Shown: positions 26,027 to 35,573, counted from the stretch's first letter. The stretch: 56,618 bases of DNA from Calditrichia bacterium (GCA_026991535.1 JALXBH010000166.1:1-56618), one strand, 5' to 3'. Numbers and translations are program-made. The notes: a model not told the origin generated them from the sequence alone.

Positions 26027-27109
26027 ATGTCGACTAAAGTTCATTTTCCGGGAAAAGCCGAATTCTATAAGGAGCTTAAGACCCGGATCAATTCATATTT
26101 TACGGAAAACGGTACAACACCCACGGGCGGCAAAAAGCTGGCCTTTAAAAGCGTGATCGTGATCGGGTTGGTTGTTGTCAGTTATGTGTATCTGGTCTTT
26201 TTTGCCCAGGGTTGGATCGATACACTTATTTTTTCCTTTTTGCTTGCCCAGGGCTTTGCCCTGGTAGGGTTTAACGTAATGCATGACAGCGTTCACGGTA
26301 GTTTTGCCCGCAGTAGAAAAATCAATAAGATCATGGGTTACACCATGGATATCCTCGGCGGTAACGCCCGCCTGTGGTATCATAAGCATAATGTGCTGCA
26401 CCATACCTACACCAATATCGCCGGCATGGACACCGATATCGAATCCAGCGGCTTATTGCGCATGAGTCCGCAGCAGAAGTGGCGTCCCTGGCACCGGTTT
26501 CAGGTTTTATATGCTTTTCCTGCCTACAGCCTGCTTACCATATCGATGGTGTTGTTTACCGATTTTCAAAAGTTCATCAGCGGACGTATAGGAAAATACA
26601 AATTGCCGAAAGCCGGCGTTAAGGAATCGACCCGCTTTTGGCTGATGAAAGCCTTCTATTTTTTCTATGCCCTGGCATTGCCTATGTTTTTTCATAGCTG
26701 GTGGGTGGTGCTACTGGTCTTCCTGCTGGTGCATATGATTCTGGGGTTCACCTTTTCCATCGTATTTCAACTGGCCCATACCATGGAGGACAACAGCTTT
26801 CCCGAGCCCGATCCCAATGACGGCGCGGTGAAAAACGAATGGGCTATTCATCAAATTGAAACCACGGCTAATTTTGCCACCCGCAGCCGCTTCCTTTATT
26901 GGTATATCGGCGGTCTTAACTTTCAGATCGAGCATCACCTGTTTGCCAAGATCAGTCATGTGCACTATCCGGAAATCAGTCGGATCGTGCGTGAAACATG
27001 TGAGGAATTCGGCGTTAAGTATGTTGAGTATAAGAGTATGCTCTCGGCCCTGGCTACACATCTTAAGTTTATTTATCATATGAGCAAAAAGCCTTACGCC
27101 GCGCAATAA
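26027..27109 (+). CDS. Membrane fatty-acid desaturase
   Basis: Three His boxes: HDSVHG, HNVLHH, QIEHHLF. Four hydrophobic spans. Confidence 0.88.
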   Translation: MSTKVHFPGKAEFYKELKTRINSYFTENGTTPTGGKKLAFKSVIVIGLVVVSYVYLVFFAQGWIDTLIFSFLLAQGFALVGFNVMHDSVHGSFARSRKINKIMGYTMDILGGNARLWYHKHNVLHHTYTNIAGMDTDIESSGLLRMSPQQKWRPWHRFQVLYAFPAYSLLTISMVLFTDFQKFISGRIGKYKLPKAGVKESTRFWLMKAFYFFYALALPMFFHSWWVVLLVFLLVHMILGFTFSIVFQLAHTMEDNSFPEPDPNDGAVKNEWAIHQIETTANFATRSRFLYWYIGGLNFQIEHHLFAKISHVHYPEISRIVRETCEEFGVKYVEYKSMLSALATHLKFIYHMSKKPYAAQ

Positions 27110-27138
27110 AGGTCTTTTTAAAGACGTTGTTTTTTTAA

Positions 27139-27176
27139 GGGATTGTGACCATAGGTCACAGTCCCTTTTTTATTTT
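27139..27176 (+). terminator. Rho-independent terminator
   Basis: 12-bp stem gggattgtgacc / ggtcacagtccc (one G-U pair), loop ata, T6 then T5. Confidence 0.85.
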
Positions 27177-27310
27177 TCCGATTCTCACCTCACCCGCCAG
27201 GCGTTCACGACCGTGGACAAAAACTAATCACAGCTCCCTTAATGTTTATTTATAAGATTAAATAGTCCGAAACATAAAATAGCAATTAACCCCCATAAAG
27301 GAGTAGCGTT

Positions 27311-27658
27311 ATGAAGAATATGTTTTTGCTTGTTTTTGTTTTTATTACGACGACCCTGCTGTTTGCCGGCACGCCCACAAAAGCGGAGTTGGATAACGGT
27401 AAGGCGGTATTTAACAAAATTTGTTTTGCCTGCCACCGGGATGGCGTGGCCGGCGCCGCGGCCATTACCAATAAAAAGCGTTGGCAGGAAAACGCCGATA
27501 AGGGCTTAAGCACCCTGGTGCACAGCGTAAAAAACGGCGTGACCAACGGCAAATACGGTACCATGCCTCCCAAGGGTGGATGCATGGATTGTAAGGACGA
27601 AGATTTCAGGGACGCTATCCTTTATATGATCCACGAAAGCGGCGCAACCTTGAAATAG
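27311..27658 (+). CDS. Periplasmic c-type cytochrome, c5-like
   Basis: Signal peptide. Heme motif CFACH. Met ligand region GTMPPKGGCMDCKDEDF with the extra Cys pair typical of cytochrome c5. Confidence 0.85.
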   Translation: MKNMFLLVFVFITTTLLFAGTPTKAELDNGKAVFNKICFACHRDGVAGAAAITNKKRWQENADKGLSTLVHSVKNGVTNGKYGTMPPKGGCMDCKDEDFRDAILYMIHESGATLK

Positions 27659-27715
27659 ACCTAAGTAAAACAGATTAAAGTCCACGCGGATTTTTTGGAA
27701 AAGTAGAGCACGGTA

Positions 27716-29938
27716 ATGAAATTAAAAAGTAAATTCCGTATCCTGACCGCCATGCTGTTTGTTATTTTATCCACGGTAATCATGGTGTTTCTTTACAATC
27801 AGTTTATGATTGTGGATGTCAATGAACAGGCCTTTAGCGGTATAAACAGAACAGAGAGCACGGCCTATCTGCAAAACCTTTTGCATGAGTTCAGGGAAAC
27901 GGAACTTTCTGTTTACAACCCGGTGACGGGCACTCCTCCCGGGCAGGCCAAAAGCCTGATGCTCATAAAAAAAAATGTATTCACCGTTATTCTGGATAAC
28001 TGGAACGTGCCGGACTCTATTCTGCTTCCGGTAAAGAGCGCGGCACAAAACTATTTTTCCAGCGTGGATGGCGGCATAAATGCTGTTATAGGCGGTTCCC
28101 CGGAAGCGATTGCCGAAGCGGCCCGGGCCGCTTCGGAGGCTTTCACTGGCGTCATGTCCCGCCTGAACGGTTCTTCCACCGCCTTAAAGGGGGAATTGAT
28201 GGAACACCGGCATCAGGCCGATGTGCTTATGAAATACGGCAATATCGCTATCTCTGTGCTGGTGTTCATCAGCATGGGATTCTTATTTGTAATGGACATG
28301 CTGTTAAAGCGGAAAATATTGGCGCCCGTTTTGCAAGCCCGCGAGGCGGCGGAGGAAATGGCCGGGGGCAATCTTGATATCGAACTGAAAATAGAGAATG
28401 ATGATGAGATTGGCGACCTGGAGCGGGCCATGGAGAGTTTGCGCAATGTGATCCGGGAAAAAGCCCGGGTGGCCGAGAAGATTGCCGGGGGTGATTTGTC
28501 GGTTTCCATAGCCATTTTATCGGAGAAGGATGTACTGGGCCGGGCCATGGAGAATATGAAGAGCAGCCTGAGGTCGCTTTTGAGGGAAGCGTCCTCTCTA
28601 ATCGAGGCCATGAGGGAAGGGGAGTTGGACAGGAGAGCGGATAACAGCCGCTTTTCCGGCAGTTGGCAGGAGTTGTTAAATGAGATGAATCGCCTGGTGG
28701 AGACCTTTATCAATCCCCTGAATGTCACTTCCGCCTATTTAAGGGACATTTCATCCGGTGTTGTTCCCGAGGAAATAGAAACCGAGTACAAAGGCGCGTT
28801 TAATGTAATTAAGGAAAGCGTCAATCAGTATGTTCGCGTTTTGCAAAAGTTAACCGGGCGTGTGGAGGAAATCGCCGCCGCCGCAAGAAAAGGCGATCTT
28901 TCCAAAAGAACCAAATCCGGGGAGTTCCAGGGTATCTGGAAAGAACTGATTGAGGGGGTCAATGAGGTGTTTATCAATGTTTCGGAACCCGTTCAGGAAA
29001 TCATGGAAGTGATGAATGATGTGGAACGGGGTGTTTTACATACCCGGGTGCATGGTGACTTTGCCGGTGATTTCAGGAAACTGAAGGAGACGGTAAACAG
29101 CTCCACGGATTCCCTGGCCCATACCATAGCGGAAGTGAACCGTTCCATTGAGGAGGTGCAGGCCGGAACGGCCCAGGTATCGGCCAGTAACCAGATCGTC
29201 TCCGAAGGAGCAACGGAACAGGCCGCCTCTCTGGCAGAGGTGCTGAATGCCCTTACCGAGCTGGGCCATAAGTCCACGGATAATTTTGACGCCGCCTCGG
29301 AAGCGGTAAGCCTGGTGGAGACCGTGCGGGATAAGGCCCGGGGCAGCGAACAAAAAATGGCCGAAATGCTGACGGCCATGGACAATATCGACCGTTCGGC
29401 CCAAAAAATATCAACCATCATTAAAGTGATTGACGAGATCGCTTTTCAGACCAATTTACTGGCGCTGAACGCCGCCGTGGAAGCAGCCCGCGCCGGTGTG
29501 CATGGCAAGGGTTTTGCCGTGGTAGCCCAGGAGGTGCGCAGTCTGGCCCATCGCAGCGCCAAAGCGGCCAATGAAACCACGGAGCTGATCGGTGATTCAC
29601 TAAAGGAAGTGGCCGATGGCGTGAAAACGGCCAATACCACCGCCGGGGAACTGGCGGAAATCATCAAGGGTGTGCAGGGTATTTCGGAAATTATAAAAAA
29701 GATACACGCCGCTTCCGGGGAACAAAATAAATACAGTGTTTCCATTAAAAAGGAGCTTGACAATATTAATGACCACACCCGCTCCAATGCTGCCAGCGCC
29801 CAGGAAGTGGCTTCATCGGCCAATGAGCTTTCCGCCCAGGCCGTACAGTTGCAAAAGCTGATTTCACGCTTTGAATTGGGCGGGCAAGAGGGCACGGAGG
29901 TAGAAACCATGGCTTTTAATACACCTTTCTGTAATTAA
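27716..29938 (+). CDS. Methyl-accepting chemotaxis protein with an array of about six HAMP-like units
   Basis: Two TM helices around a helical periplasmic domain of about 150 aa. Repeated (A/R)GGDL...IGDLxxAMxxL-type units. MA domain LALNAAVEAARAGVHGKGFAVVAQEVRSLAHRS. Confidence 0.9.
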   Translation: MKLKSKFRILTAMLFVILSTVIMVFLYNQFMIVDVNEQAFSGINRTESTAYLQNLLHEFRETELSVYNPVTGTPPGQAKSLMLIKKNVFTVILDNWNVPDSILLPVKSAAQNYFSSVDGGINAVIGGSPEAIAEAARAASEAFTGVMSRLNGSSTALKGELMEHRHQADVLMKYGNIAISVLVFISMGFLFVMDMLLKRKILAPVLQAREAAEEMAGGNLDIELKIENDDEIGDLERAMESLRNVIREKARVAEKIAGGDLSVSIAILSEKDVLGRAMENMKSSLRSLLREASSLIEAMREGELDRRADNSRFSGSWQELLNEMNRLVETFINPLNVTSAYLRDISSGVVPEEIETEYKGAFNVIKESVNQYVRVLQKLTGRVEEIAAAARKGDLSKRTKSGEFQGIWKELIEGVNEVFINVSEPVQEIMEVMNDVERGVLHTRVHGDFAGDFRKLKETVNSSTDSLAHTIAEVNRSIEEVQAGTAQVSASNQIVSEGATEQAASLAEVLNALTELGHKSTDNFDAASEAVSLVETVRDKARGSEQKMAEMLTAMDNIDRSAQKISTIIKVIDEIAFQTNLLALNAAVEAARAGVHGKGFAVVAQEVRSLAHRSAKAANETTELIGDSLKEVADGVKTANTTAGELAEIIKGVQGISEIIKKIHAASGEQNKYSVSIKKELDNINDHTRSNAASAQEVASSANELSAQAVQLQKLISRFELGGQEGTEVETMAFNTPFCN

Positions 29939-30097
29939 AGATGACTGCTGTCAAGAAAAATCAGCAGAAATATCACATATCCGGTGCATATTTATTTTTC
30001 TATTCATTATCTCATGGATTTAGACTTTAATGTTGTTATGATTATTCAAACCCGGACGATAGACTATATACAGATCCATTAAAAGAAGGAGCGGAAT

Positions 30098-32362
30098 ATG
30101 AAGAAATTTTTATTTCTAAGTATCATTTTATTTTCCGGTGGTTTATGGGCACAGGCACCGGGCAGCGGCTCCGGCTCCGGTTCGGGAGAGTTATCCTTTA
30201 CCCAATCTTCCCGGACCTTTTCTTCCGCGCCAACCGGAAGCTTTATTTATTCGACCAGTACATATACCTTTTCGGATATTGTGGTATTCAGCTATTTTGA
30301 TAATTCATTTTTCAAGGTGTTTGATGCCAACGGCGTGGCCATTGACAGCGTTGTACTCAATAAAGATGAGTTTTACAGCTTTAAACCGGGTACAGGCTCC
30401 TATCGCGTGGATTGTAACAATTCCTTTACCGTTTTGATCGGCGATCCGATTACGCGCAGTGTTATGGGCTTTTTTGCCGTGGATGAATCGGGTAGCCCTC
30501 TTTCTACCCACATAAACACTTTTATGCCCGCTAACGATTTTCCAAACGAGCATTTCATTGTTTTTGCCTATCATGACGGAACCGAGGTGGTGGTAAAAAA
30601 TCTAACGGACTCTACAACGATTGCTGCCGTAATTCTTAACCGGGGTGAGCATCTGGAAATCAATGACGTGAACTCAAAGTTTTTACAGGTCTCCGCCGGC
30701 AAGCCGGTTTCCGCCCTCAGTTATACGGATCAGGGCTATTATATCCCCAGCGATAACGGCACCTTTGCCGGAACAAACTTTTACGGTTTCTCCGGGTATG
30801 TTGGCAACTGGAGTAATGGGGTGGTCATATCCGCCTATCAGGATAGCACCGTTTATTTACTTACCAATACCGAAACGGGTGACACCCTGATGGCCGGCAC
30901 GCTGAATTATGGCGAAGTGGCCTCTTATGCCGTTAACGGCGACCTGTATTGGCAGGTACAGACCGACAAAAGCGTTACGGTGAGCAATACCCCGTATGCC
31001 GCGTGGACAGGCTCTTATTATCACCTCACCCGGCAGATAGATGAATCCGGGGAAGGGATTGGTCGTCACTTTATTATGCCTGTTATATATGGTGATACGG
31101 ATATTTACTCCTTTGACGATAACAATACCGTTATGGTGATTGATCTGGCCAACGGCGATACGGTTTATACCGAAATGCTGAACAAAGGGGATCATTTTTA
31201 TTTTAGTTCGGCCAATACGGTTTATGATGTGATTGCCACCGAAAATATCTCCGTTATAACCTCCAATGGCGCCAGTTACGGTGCCGATTTTGTGCCGTTG
31301 AATTTTGCCATCGGTCTGCCCGACCTGGCTATTTCCGGCGGGGATATCGATTTTGACCCGGATACGGTCAGTGCCACACCCGGCACACCGGTAACCATTA
31401 ACGCCACGGTACATAATTACGGTTTTGCAACCGCCTATGAGGTATCCGTACAGTTCTATGATGGACGGCCCGAGGCCAACAATGCCATCAGTACATTTTT
31501 CATCATCGATTCCCTTGCTCCCGGGGCATCTAAAACCCTGTCCGTGGATTGGCTTACTCCCGATCTGCCGGAATATCATGAAATCTATGTGGTTGCTGAT
31601 CAGCATGATTATATTGTGGAGTCCAATGAATCCAATAATACGGGTTCCCGATTTCTGATCGCCAATAAAGACCTGTTGCCGCCGCTGGCGGTGGTGGTCA
31701 ATGCGCCGGGAACGGTTATTTTGGACAACGATACCCTGAGCTTTACCGATTTTGATATAGAAGTTTCCATCTATAACAGCGGTGATGTAGCCGCTGATAG
31801 TGTTCTGGCTTCCCTGAGATTGCCGGTGGAACTGTCGATCCGTGACAGTGTCGATTCCTTAATGGCCTTTGACAGTATCAGCGCCAAACAAACCGAAAAG
31901 TTTTCCTGGCCTGTTCATATCGATGGCTTTCCCGCATCAACATTCTCCAAGATATCGGGCAGCGATGACATCCTGGCCTATTTTTATACCATAACGGTAA
32001 GCGCGAGTAATGCCGAAACCAAGGATGTGAACCGCATGCTGCTGGTTAAGGATAACAGCATCGTTGGCATTAACGGAGAGGAATTTACCCTGCCTGACAA
32101 TTTTGAAGTGGCCCAGAACTATCCCAATCCTTTTAATCCGGTAACCAGGATTGATTATGCCCTGCCTCAGGCAGGACACATGCTGATCCGCGTTTTTGAT
32201 CTTAGCGGCCGCAAGGTGGCCGAGTTGCAAAACGGCAATCAAAGCGCCGGGCGGCATTCGGTTTCCTTTAACGGAAAAGATTTAAGCAGCGGCGTCTATT
32301 TTATGCAGTTGAATTTTAACGGCCGTGATGTGGCCGTGTTGCGCATGACCCTGCTGAAATAA
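30098..32362 (+). CDS. Secreted repeat protein with CARDB domains and a T9SS C-terminal sorting domain
   Basis: Signal peptide and a (GS)n linker. Four N-terminal repeats of the type [VI]x[SA][YF]xDx[ST]xV...LNxG[ED]. CARDB signatures (HNYGFATA, VESNESNNT). CTD NYPNPFNPVTRIDYALP...SGVYFMQL. Confidence 0.85.
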   Translation: MKKFLFLSIILFSGGLWAQAPGSGSGSGSGELSFTQSSRTFSSAPTGSFIYSTSTYTFSDIVVFSYFDNSFFKVFDANGVAIDSVVLNKDEFYSFKPGTGSYRVDCNNSFTVLIGDPITRSVMGFFAVDESGSPLSTHINTFMPANDFPNEHFIVFAYHDGTEVVVKNLTDSTTIAAVILNRGEHLEINDVNSKFLQVSAGKPVSALSYTDQGYYIPSDNGTFAGTNFYGFSGYVGNWSNGVVISAYQDSTVYLLTNTETGDTLMAGTLNYGEVASYAVNGDLYWQVQTDKSVTVSNTPYAAWTGSYYHLTRQIDESGEGIGRHFIMPVIYGDTDIYSFDDNNTVMVIDLANGDTVYTEMLNKGDHFYFSSANTVYDVIATENISVITSNGASYGADFVPLNFAIGLPDLAISGGDIDFDPDTVSATPGTPVTINATVHNYGFATAYEVSVQFYDGRPEANNAISTFFIIDSLAPGASKTLSVDWLTPDLPEYHEIYVVADQHDYIVESNESNNTGSRFLIANKDLLPPLAVVVNAPGTVILDNDTLSFTDFDIEVSIYNSGDVAADSVLASLRLPVELSIRDSVDSLMAFDSISAKQTEKFSWPVHIDGFPASTFSKISGSDDILAYFYTITVSASNAETKDVNRMLLVKDNSIVGINGEEFTLPDNFEVAQNYPNPFNPVTRIDYALPQAGHMLIRVFDLSGRKVAELQNGNQSAGRHSVSFNGKDLSSGVYFMQLNFNGRDVAVLRMTLLK

Positions 32363-32383
32363 AGCGATCACTCTTTAGAAAAC

Positions 32384-32410
32384 AGCCCCGTTTTGCGGGG
32401 CTTTTTTTTT
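32384..32410 (+). terminator. Rho-independent terminator
   Basis: Stem agccccg / cggggct, loop ttttg, T9 tail. Confidence 0.85.
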
Positions 32411-32468
32411 GATGCTTGCCTAAATGGCGGCTCATGGCTAAACTATGCCTTTGTCATGGGAGAAACCA

Positions 32469-32744
32469 ATGTCGCTTTTTGCCGGGATAAAGAAATTTTT
32501 TAAAGGCCTCGATCAACAGCACCGCCATAAGGCCATTGAAGACCTGGAATGGGAGATGCATGAACTGCAGCATATCTTCGGGTTGTTGACACTCGGCTAC
32601 ATGGTGGGGCTGCCCTCGGCGCCTTTGCCCGTGGCCTGGGAGTTGTTGCCCGACATGCCGCGGGAGTTTGCCATCATGCTGGCCAGGCTGGATACAGCGC
32701 AAAATCCCCTTTCCGAGCAGTTTTCCCGGTTGGATGTCTCATGA
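32469..32744 (+). CDS. Small hypothetical protein (91 aa) coupled to the ArsA-like ATPase
   Basis: GGGAG SD before the ATG at 32469 (the ORF is open from 32445). The stop overlaps the next start (ATGA). Confidence 0.55.
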   Translation: MSLFAGIKKFFKGLDQQHRHKAIEDLEWEMHELQHIFGLLTLGYMVGLPSAPLPVAWELLPDMPREFAIMLARLDTAQNPLSEQFSRLDVS

Positions 32745-33607
32745 GCGCCGTTCTGCCGCACGTCCGCTTTTTTATGGGCAAGGGGGGCGTGGGAAAGTCC
32801 ACGTTATCCGCATTGACGGCTCTTTATCATGCCGACAGGGGGCACACGGTTTTATTGGCCTCTTTTGATCCTGCTCATAATCTGGGCGATATTTTTCAAC
32901 AAAAATTGGGTGAACGGCCCGTACCGATTGTGGAGAGATTGTCTGCGGTGGAGGTTGATCCCGAAAAGTGGAGCCGGGAATATCTGCAAGAGGCGGAGCG
33001 GCAGTTCCGCGCGGCCTATGCCTACCTGACCACCTTCAGCCTGGAGCAGCATTTCAAGGTCATCCGCCATGCTCCCGGGGTGGAAGCCTATGCCCTGATG
33101 CGCGCTTTCGATGATCTATATCGGAAAAGCAATGTCGATTTTCTTTTGCTGGATATGCCGCCCACGGCCCTGAGCCTGAGCTTTTTGGCCCTGCCGCGGC
33201 TATCCTTGTTGTGGTTAGAGCAGTTACACGCCTTGCGGACGGAAATACAGCAAAAACAGAAGATGATCTCCCGCCTGCGTCTGGGACGCCGGGAGATGGA
33301 ACGGGACCGGGTGATGGAAAATATAAACCGGCAGACGGAACGCTGGCGGGAGAGGGACGCTGTTTTTAGTAACAACGCACAGACCCGCTATCTGCTTATA
33401 GAAAACCCCGAAGCTCTTTCAGCCCTGGAAAACGGACGGATTGAAAGCCGGTTGAAAGAGCTGGGCTTTAGCGGCATCGATCGTGTTGTTAATAAAACCG
33501 GGAATGGAAAGTCCGGCTTCCCGCTGGTTGCCGGATTGTATGGCATAAATAAGATGCGCGCCTATATCGATCACCATAAATCTGTTTTTGACGCCCTGAT
33601 CCGCTGA
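32741..33607 (+). CDS. ArsA/GET3-family P-loop ATPase, single-domain
   Basis: Deviant Walker A GKGGVGKST, ArsA-type signature FDPAHNLGDIF, Walker B-like LLLDMPP. Confidence 0.8.
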   Translation: MSAVLPHVRFFMGKGGVGKSTLSALTALYHADRGHTVLLASFDPAHNLGDIFQQKLGERPVPIVERLSAVEVDPEKWSREYLQEAERQFRAAYAYLTTFSLEQHFKVIRHAPGVEAYALMRAFDDLYRKSNVDFLLLDMPPTALSLSFLALPRLSLLWLEQLHALRTEIQQKQKMISRLRLGRREMERDRVMENINRQTERWRERDAVFSNNAQTRYLLIENPEALSALENGRIESRLKELGFSGIDRVVNKTGNGKSGFPLVAGLYGINKMRAYIDHHKSVFDALIR

Positions 33608-33619
33608 CGTGCTCTCCGG

Positions 33620-34540
33620 CTATCTGTTGGCGGGCAAGATAAAGGAGAGGGTTACAATGTTTAGGCTTGTAACCTCCGTACGATTCAGATTATACTCCAA
33701 CTCCATCCAGGCTTTTCCCATTTGAAAACGAAAGCCGATATCCAGGCCCGGCAGGCTCCGGGAGCTTATCCCGCTTTCCTGACCGGGAAGGGGCAGAACG
33801 GCGCCATAGTTCAGCCGCAGATAAAGGTTGCCATATCCCGCTTCCCAGCCCGCTTTTATATAGGGGAAATAGAAAAAGACAAGGGTACCCGTCTCGGCGG
33901 TTAAATTTGTGTAAAACAGATCCTTTTTGTAGAGCTTTATCAAATCGGACCAGCGGTAGTTAAAGCCAAAAACGGGGATATATTTATCATTCGGGCTAAA
34001 AACGGGATAGAGCCACACACTGCCCCGGAAACGGCGCAGAAGGTTAACGGGGCCCTCTTTTTGTTGCTGCCAGACGCCCAGCCGTTTTTCAATACCTTTT
34101 TGGGCCGCCGCAAATAAAATTCCCCTGTGCAGCGTGTCGCAGGGCAGGTAAAAACCCATGCCCCTTTCCAGATAGAGGGCGTTTATATATTGCCGGGAAA
34201 GGGGAAACTCTTTATAAAGATGCCCGCTGATTACGGAATCGGCACCGCAATCCCTGCCGGGAGAGGGGATGAATTGCATGGGCCAGGAAAGAAGCTGCTC
34301 CCGGGAAAACTTTATAAATTTATCTGCCAGCGCTTTTTTTAGGCTGTCGCTGTCCTGTATGGAAGGGCTGTGAACATTGGCCAGGGAGATGAGCTGGCTG
34401 TCTTCCGTGAAAAAAAGATTGGCGTCACGCACCTCAATAATTTTTATCTGCCGCAGCTGGAATGCCGACACAGCGGAAACGGCAAGAAATGGCCAAAGAA
34501 AAAAGAGAGACCTGCATAAACGACCGGCGCGGGTAGACAT
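33620..34540 (-). CDS. Hypothetical secreted protein
   Basis: Start at MSTRAGRL with a strong AAGGAGA SD. Signal peptide LFFLWPFLAVSAVSAF. The ATG-extended ORF runs to 34663. Confidence 0.6.
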   Translation of the reverse strand: MSTRAGRLCRSLFFLWPFLAVSAVSAFQLRQIKIIEVRDANLFFTEDSQLISLANVHSPSIQDSDSLKKALADKFIKFSREQLLSWPMQFIPSPGRDCGADSVISGHLYKEFPLSRQYINALYLERGMGFYLPCDTLHRGILFAAAQKGIEKRLGVWQQQKEGPVNLLRRFRGSVWLYPVFSPNDKYIPVFGFNYRWSDLIKLYKKDLFYTNLTAETGTLVFFYFPYIKAGWEAGYGNLYLRLNYGAVLPLPGQESGISSRSLPGLDIGFRFQMGKAWMELEYNLNRTEVTSLNIVTLSFILPANR

Positions 34541-34596
34541 AAAACTTCTCCTTGATTGCCGAAAACTTTTAGATGCCTGTACGGAGTTGGATTGGT

Positions 34597-34605
34597 GGGG
34601 GGGGG
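34597..34605. repeat. Homopolymeric G9 (C9 on the coding strand), 57-65 nt upstream of the 34540 start
   Basis: Read directly: attggt ggggggggg taacc. Confidence 0.9.
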
Positions 34606-34800
34606 TAACCACACAACTTTTATACACTTTTGCTAATTTAATGGATAGATCACAGAGATGCATGTTTTTCCATAATCCGCTTCTGATATTGGTTTAGGGT
34701 AGGGGGTGAATCGCCATTTATGACAGATATACTACTCTGCGGATGCATAAGAAATATATCTTTTGGAGACTTGAACCCCGCGATATCAGGCGAAACTGTT

Positions 34801-35115
34801 TTATTTAAGACGAACGGCGGTACCGTAGGCCAGCACCTCGGCCGCTTTATCCATAACTTCGCTGGTGGAAAAGCGCAGGGCGACTATGGCGTCGGCGCCC
34901 AGACGTTCGGCGTCTTTGATCATGCGGTCGATGGCCTGTTCCCGGGCTTCGCCCAGAAGCTTGGTGTATTCCTCGATTTCGCCGCCGGTGATATTTTTCA
35001 GACCGGCGATAATATCACGGCCGATGTTGCGGGCGCGAATGGTGTTGCCTTTCACCAGGCCCAGAGTTTCCGTAATCGTCTTTCCGGCAATGGTAGGGGT
35101 TGTAACAATGATCAT
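34801..35115 (-). CDS. YbjQ/UPF0145 family protein
   Basis: MIIVTTPTIAGKTITETLGLVKGNTIRARNIGRDIIAGLKNITGGEI...ADAIVALRF is the typical YbjQ pattern. ATGA overlap with the upstream gene. Confidence 0.85.
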   Translation of the reverse strand: MIIVTTPTIAGKTITETLGLVKGNTIRARNIGRDIIAGLKNITGGEIEEYTKLLGEAREQAIDRMIKDAERLGADAIVALRFSTSEVMDKAAEVLAYGTAVRLK

Positions 35116-35573
35116 CGTTCCACCTCTCTGTAGGGATCGTTCTTGCGAATAAACAGTTTTTCCCGCACAACGGAGAAAAACAAAGCTACTAAACCTGACC
35201 CCAGAAAAACAACCCCAATTTTAACTATGCCCGGAATGGCGGGGTCGGCCAGAAACAAGGTCACAAATTCATACAAGCCGTACGCCGTCAGTATCAGGAT
35301 ACCCGTCAGGGTCAGGAACCAGGATAAGCCCCGTTCGATTCGGTGGTAAACGTTGGTTTGATACATATCCCATATCTCCCCTTGTGGTTCTTTGTAGCGT
35401 ACCTTTTTGGTCAGGGCATGCACGGCGCTGAACTCACGCCATTCATGGCGGAACTCCGTACTGCTTTCCAAAAGCTGTTCAAAACGGCTTTGCTCTTCTT
35501 GCGTCAGCGCCTCATCCAGCGCTTTCATCAACAGGTGTTGCCACTCTTCGGGAATGGGTTTTTCATTTTTCAT
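35112..35573 (-). CDS. Putative membrane-anchored anti-sigma factor
   Basis: Position directly after the ECF sigma gene (TGATG overlap). Helical N-terminal domain, then two TM helices. Confidence 0.5.
   Translation of the reverse strand: MKNEKPIPEEWQHLLMKALDEALTQEEQSRFEQLLESSTEFRHEWREFSAVHALTKKVRYKEPQGEIWDMYQTNVYHRIERGLSWFLTLTGILILTAYGLYEFVTLFLADPAIPGIVKIGVVFLGSGLVALFFSVVREKLFIRKNDPYREVER

Noticed and set aside
30161-30186. Tandem ggc/agc/tcc repeat that could look like a microsatellite
   Set aside because: It is in frame and encodes a (Gly-Ser)n linker just after the signal peptide of the T9SS cargo protein. This is ordinary low-complexity coding sequence.
34377-35133. Plus-strand ORFs 34377..34697 and 34720..35133
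   Set aside because: The first is antisense to the 5' end and leader of the secreted-protein gene. The second is antisense to ybjQ. Neither has an SD or a motif.
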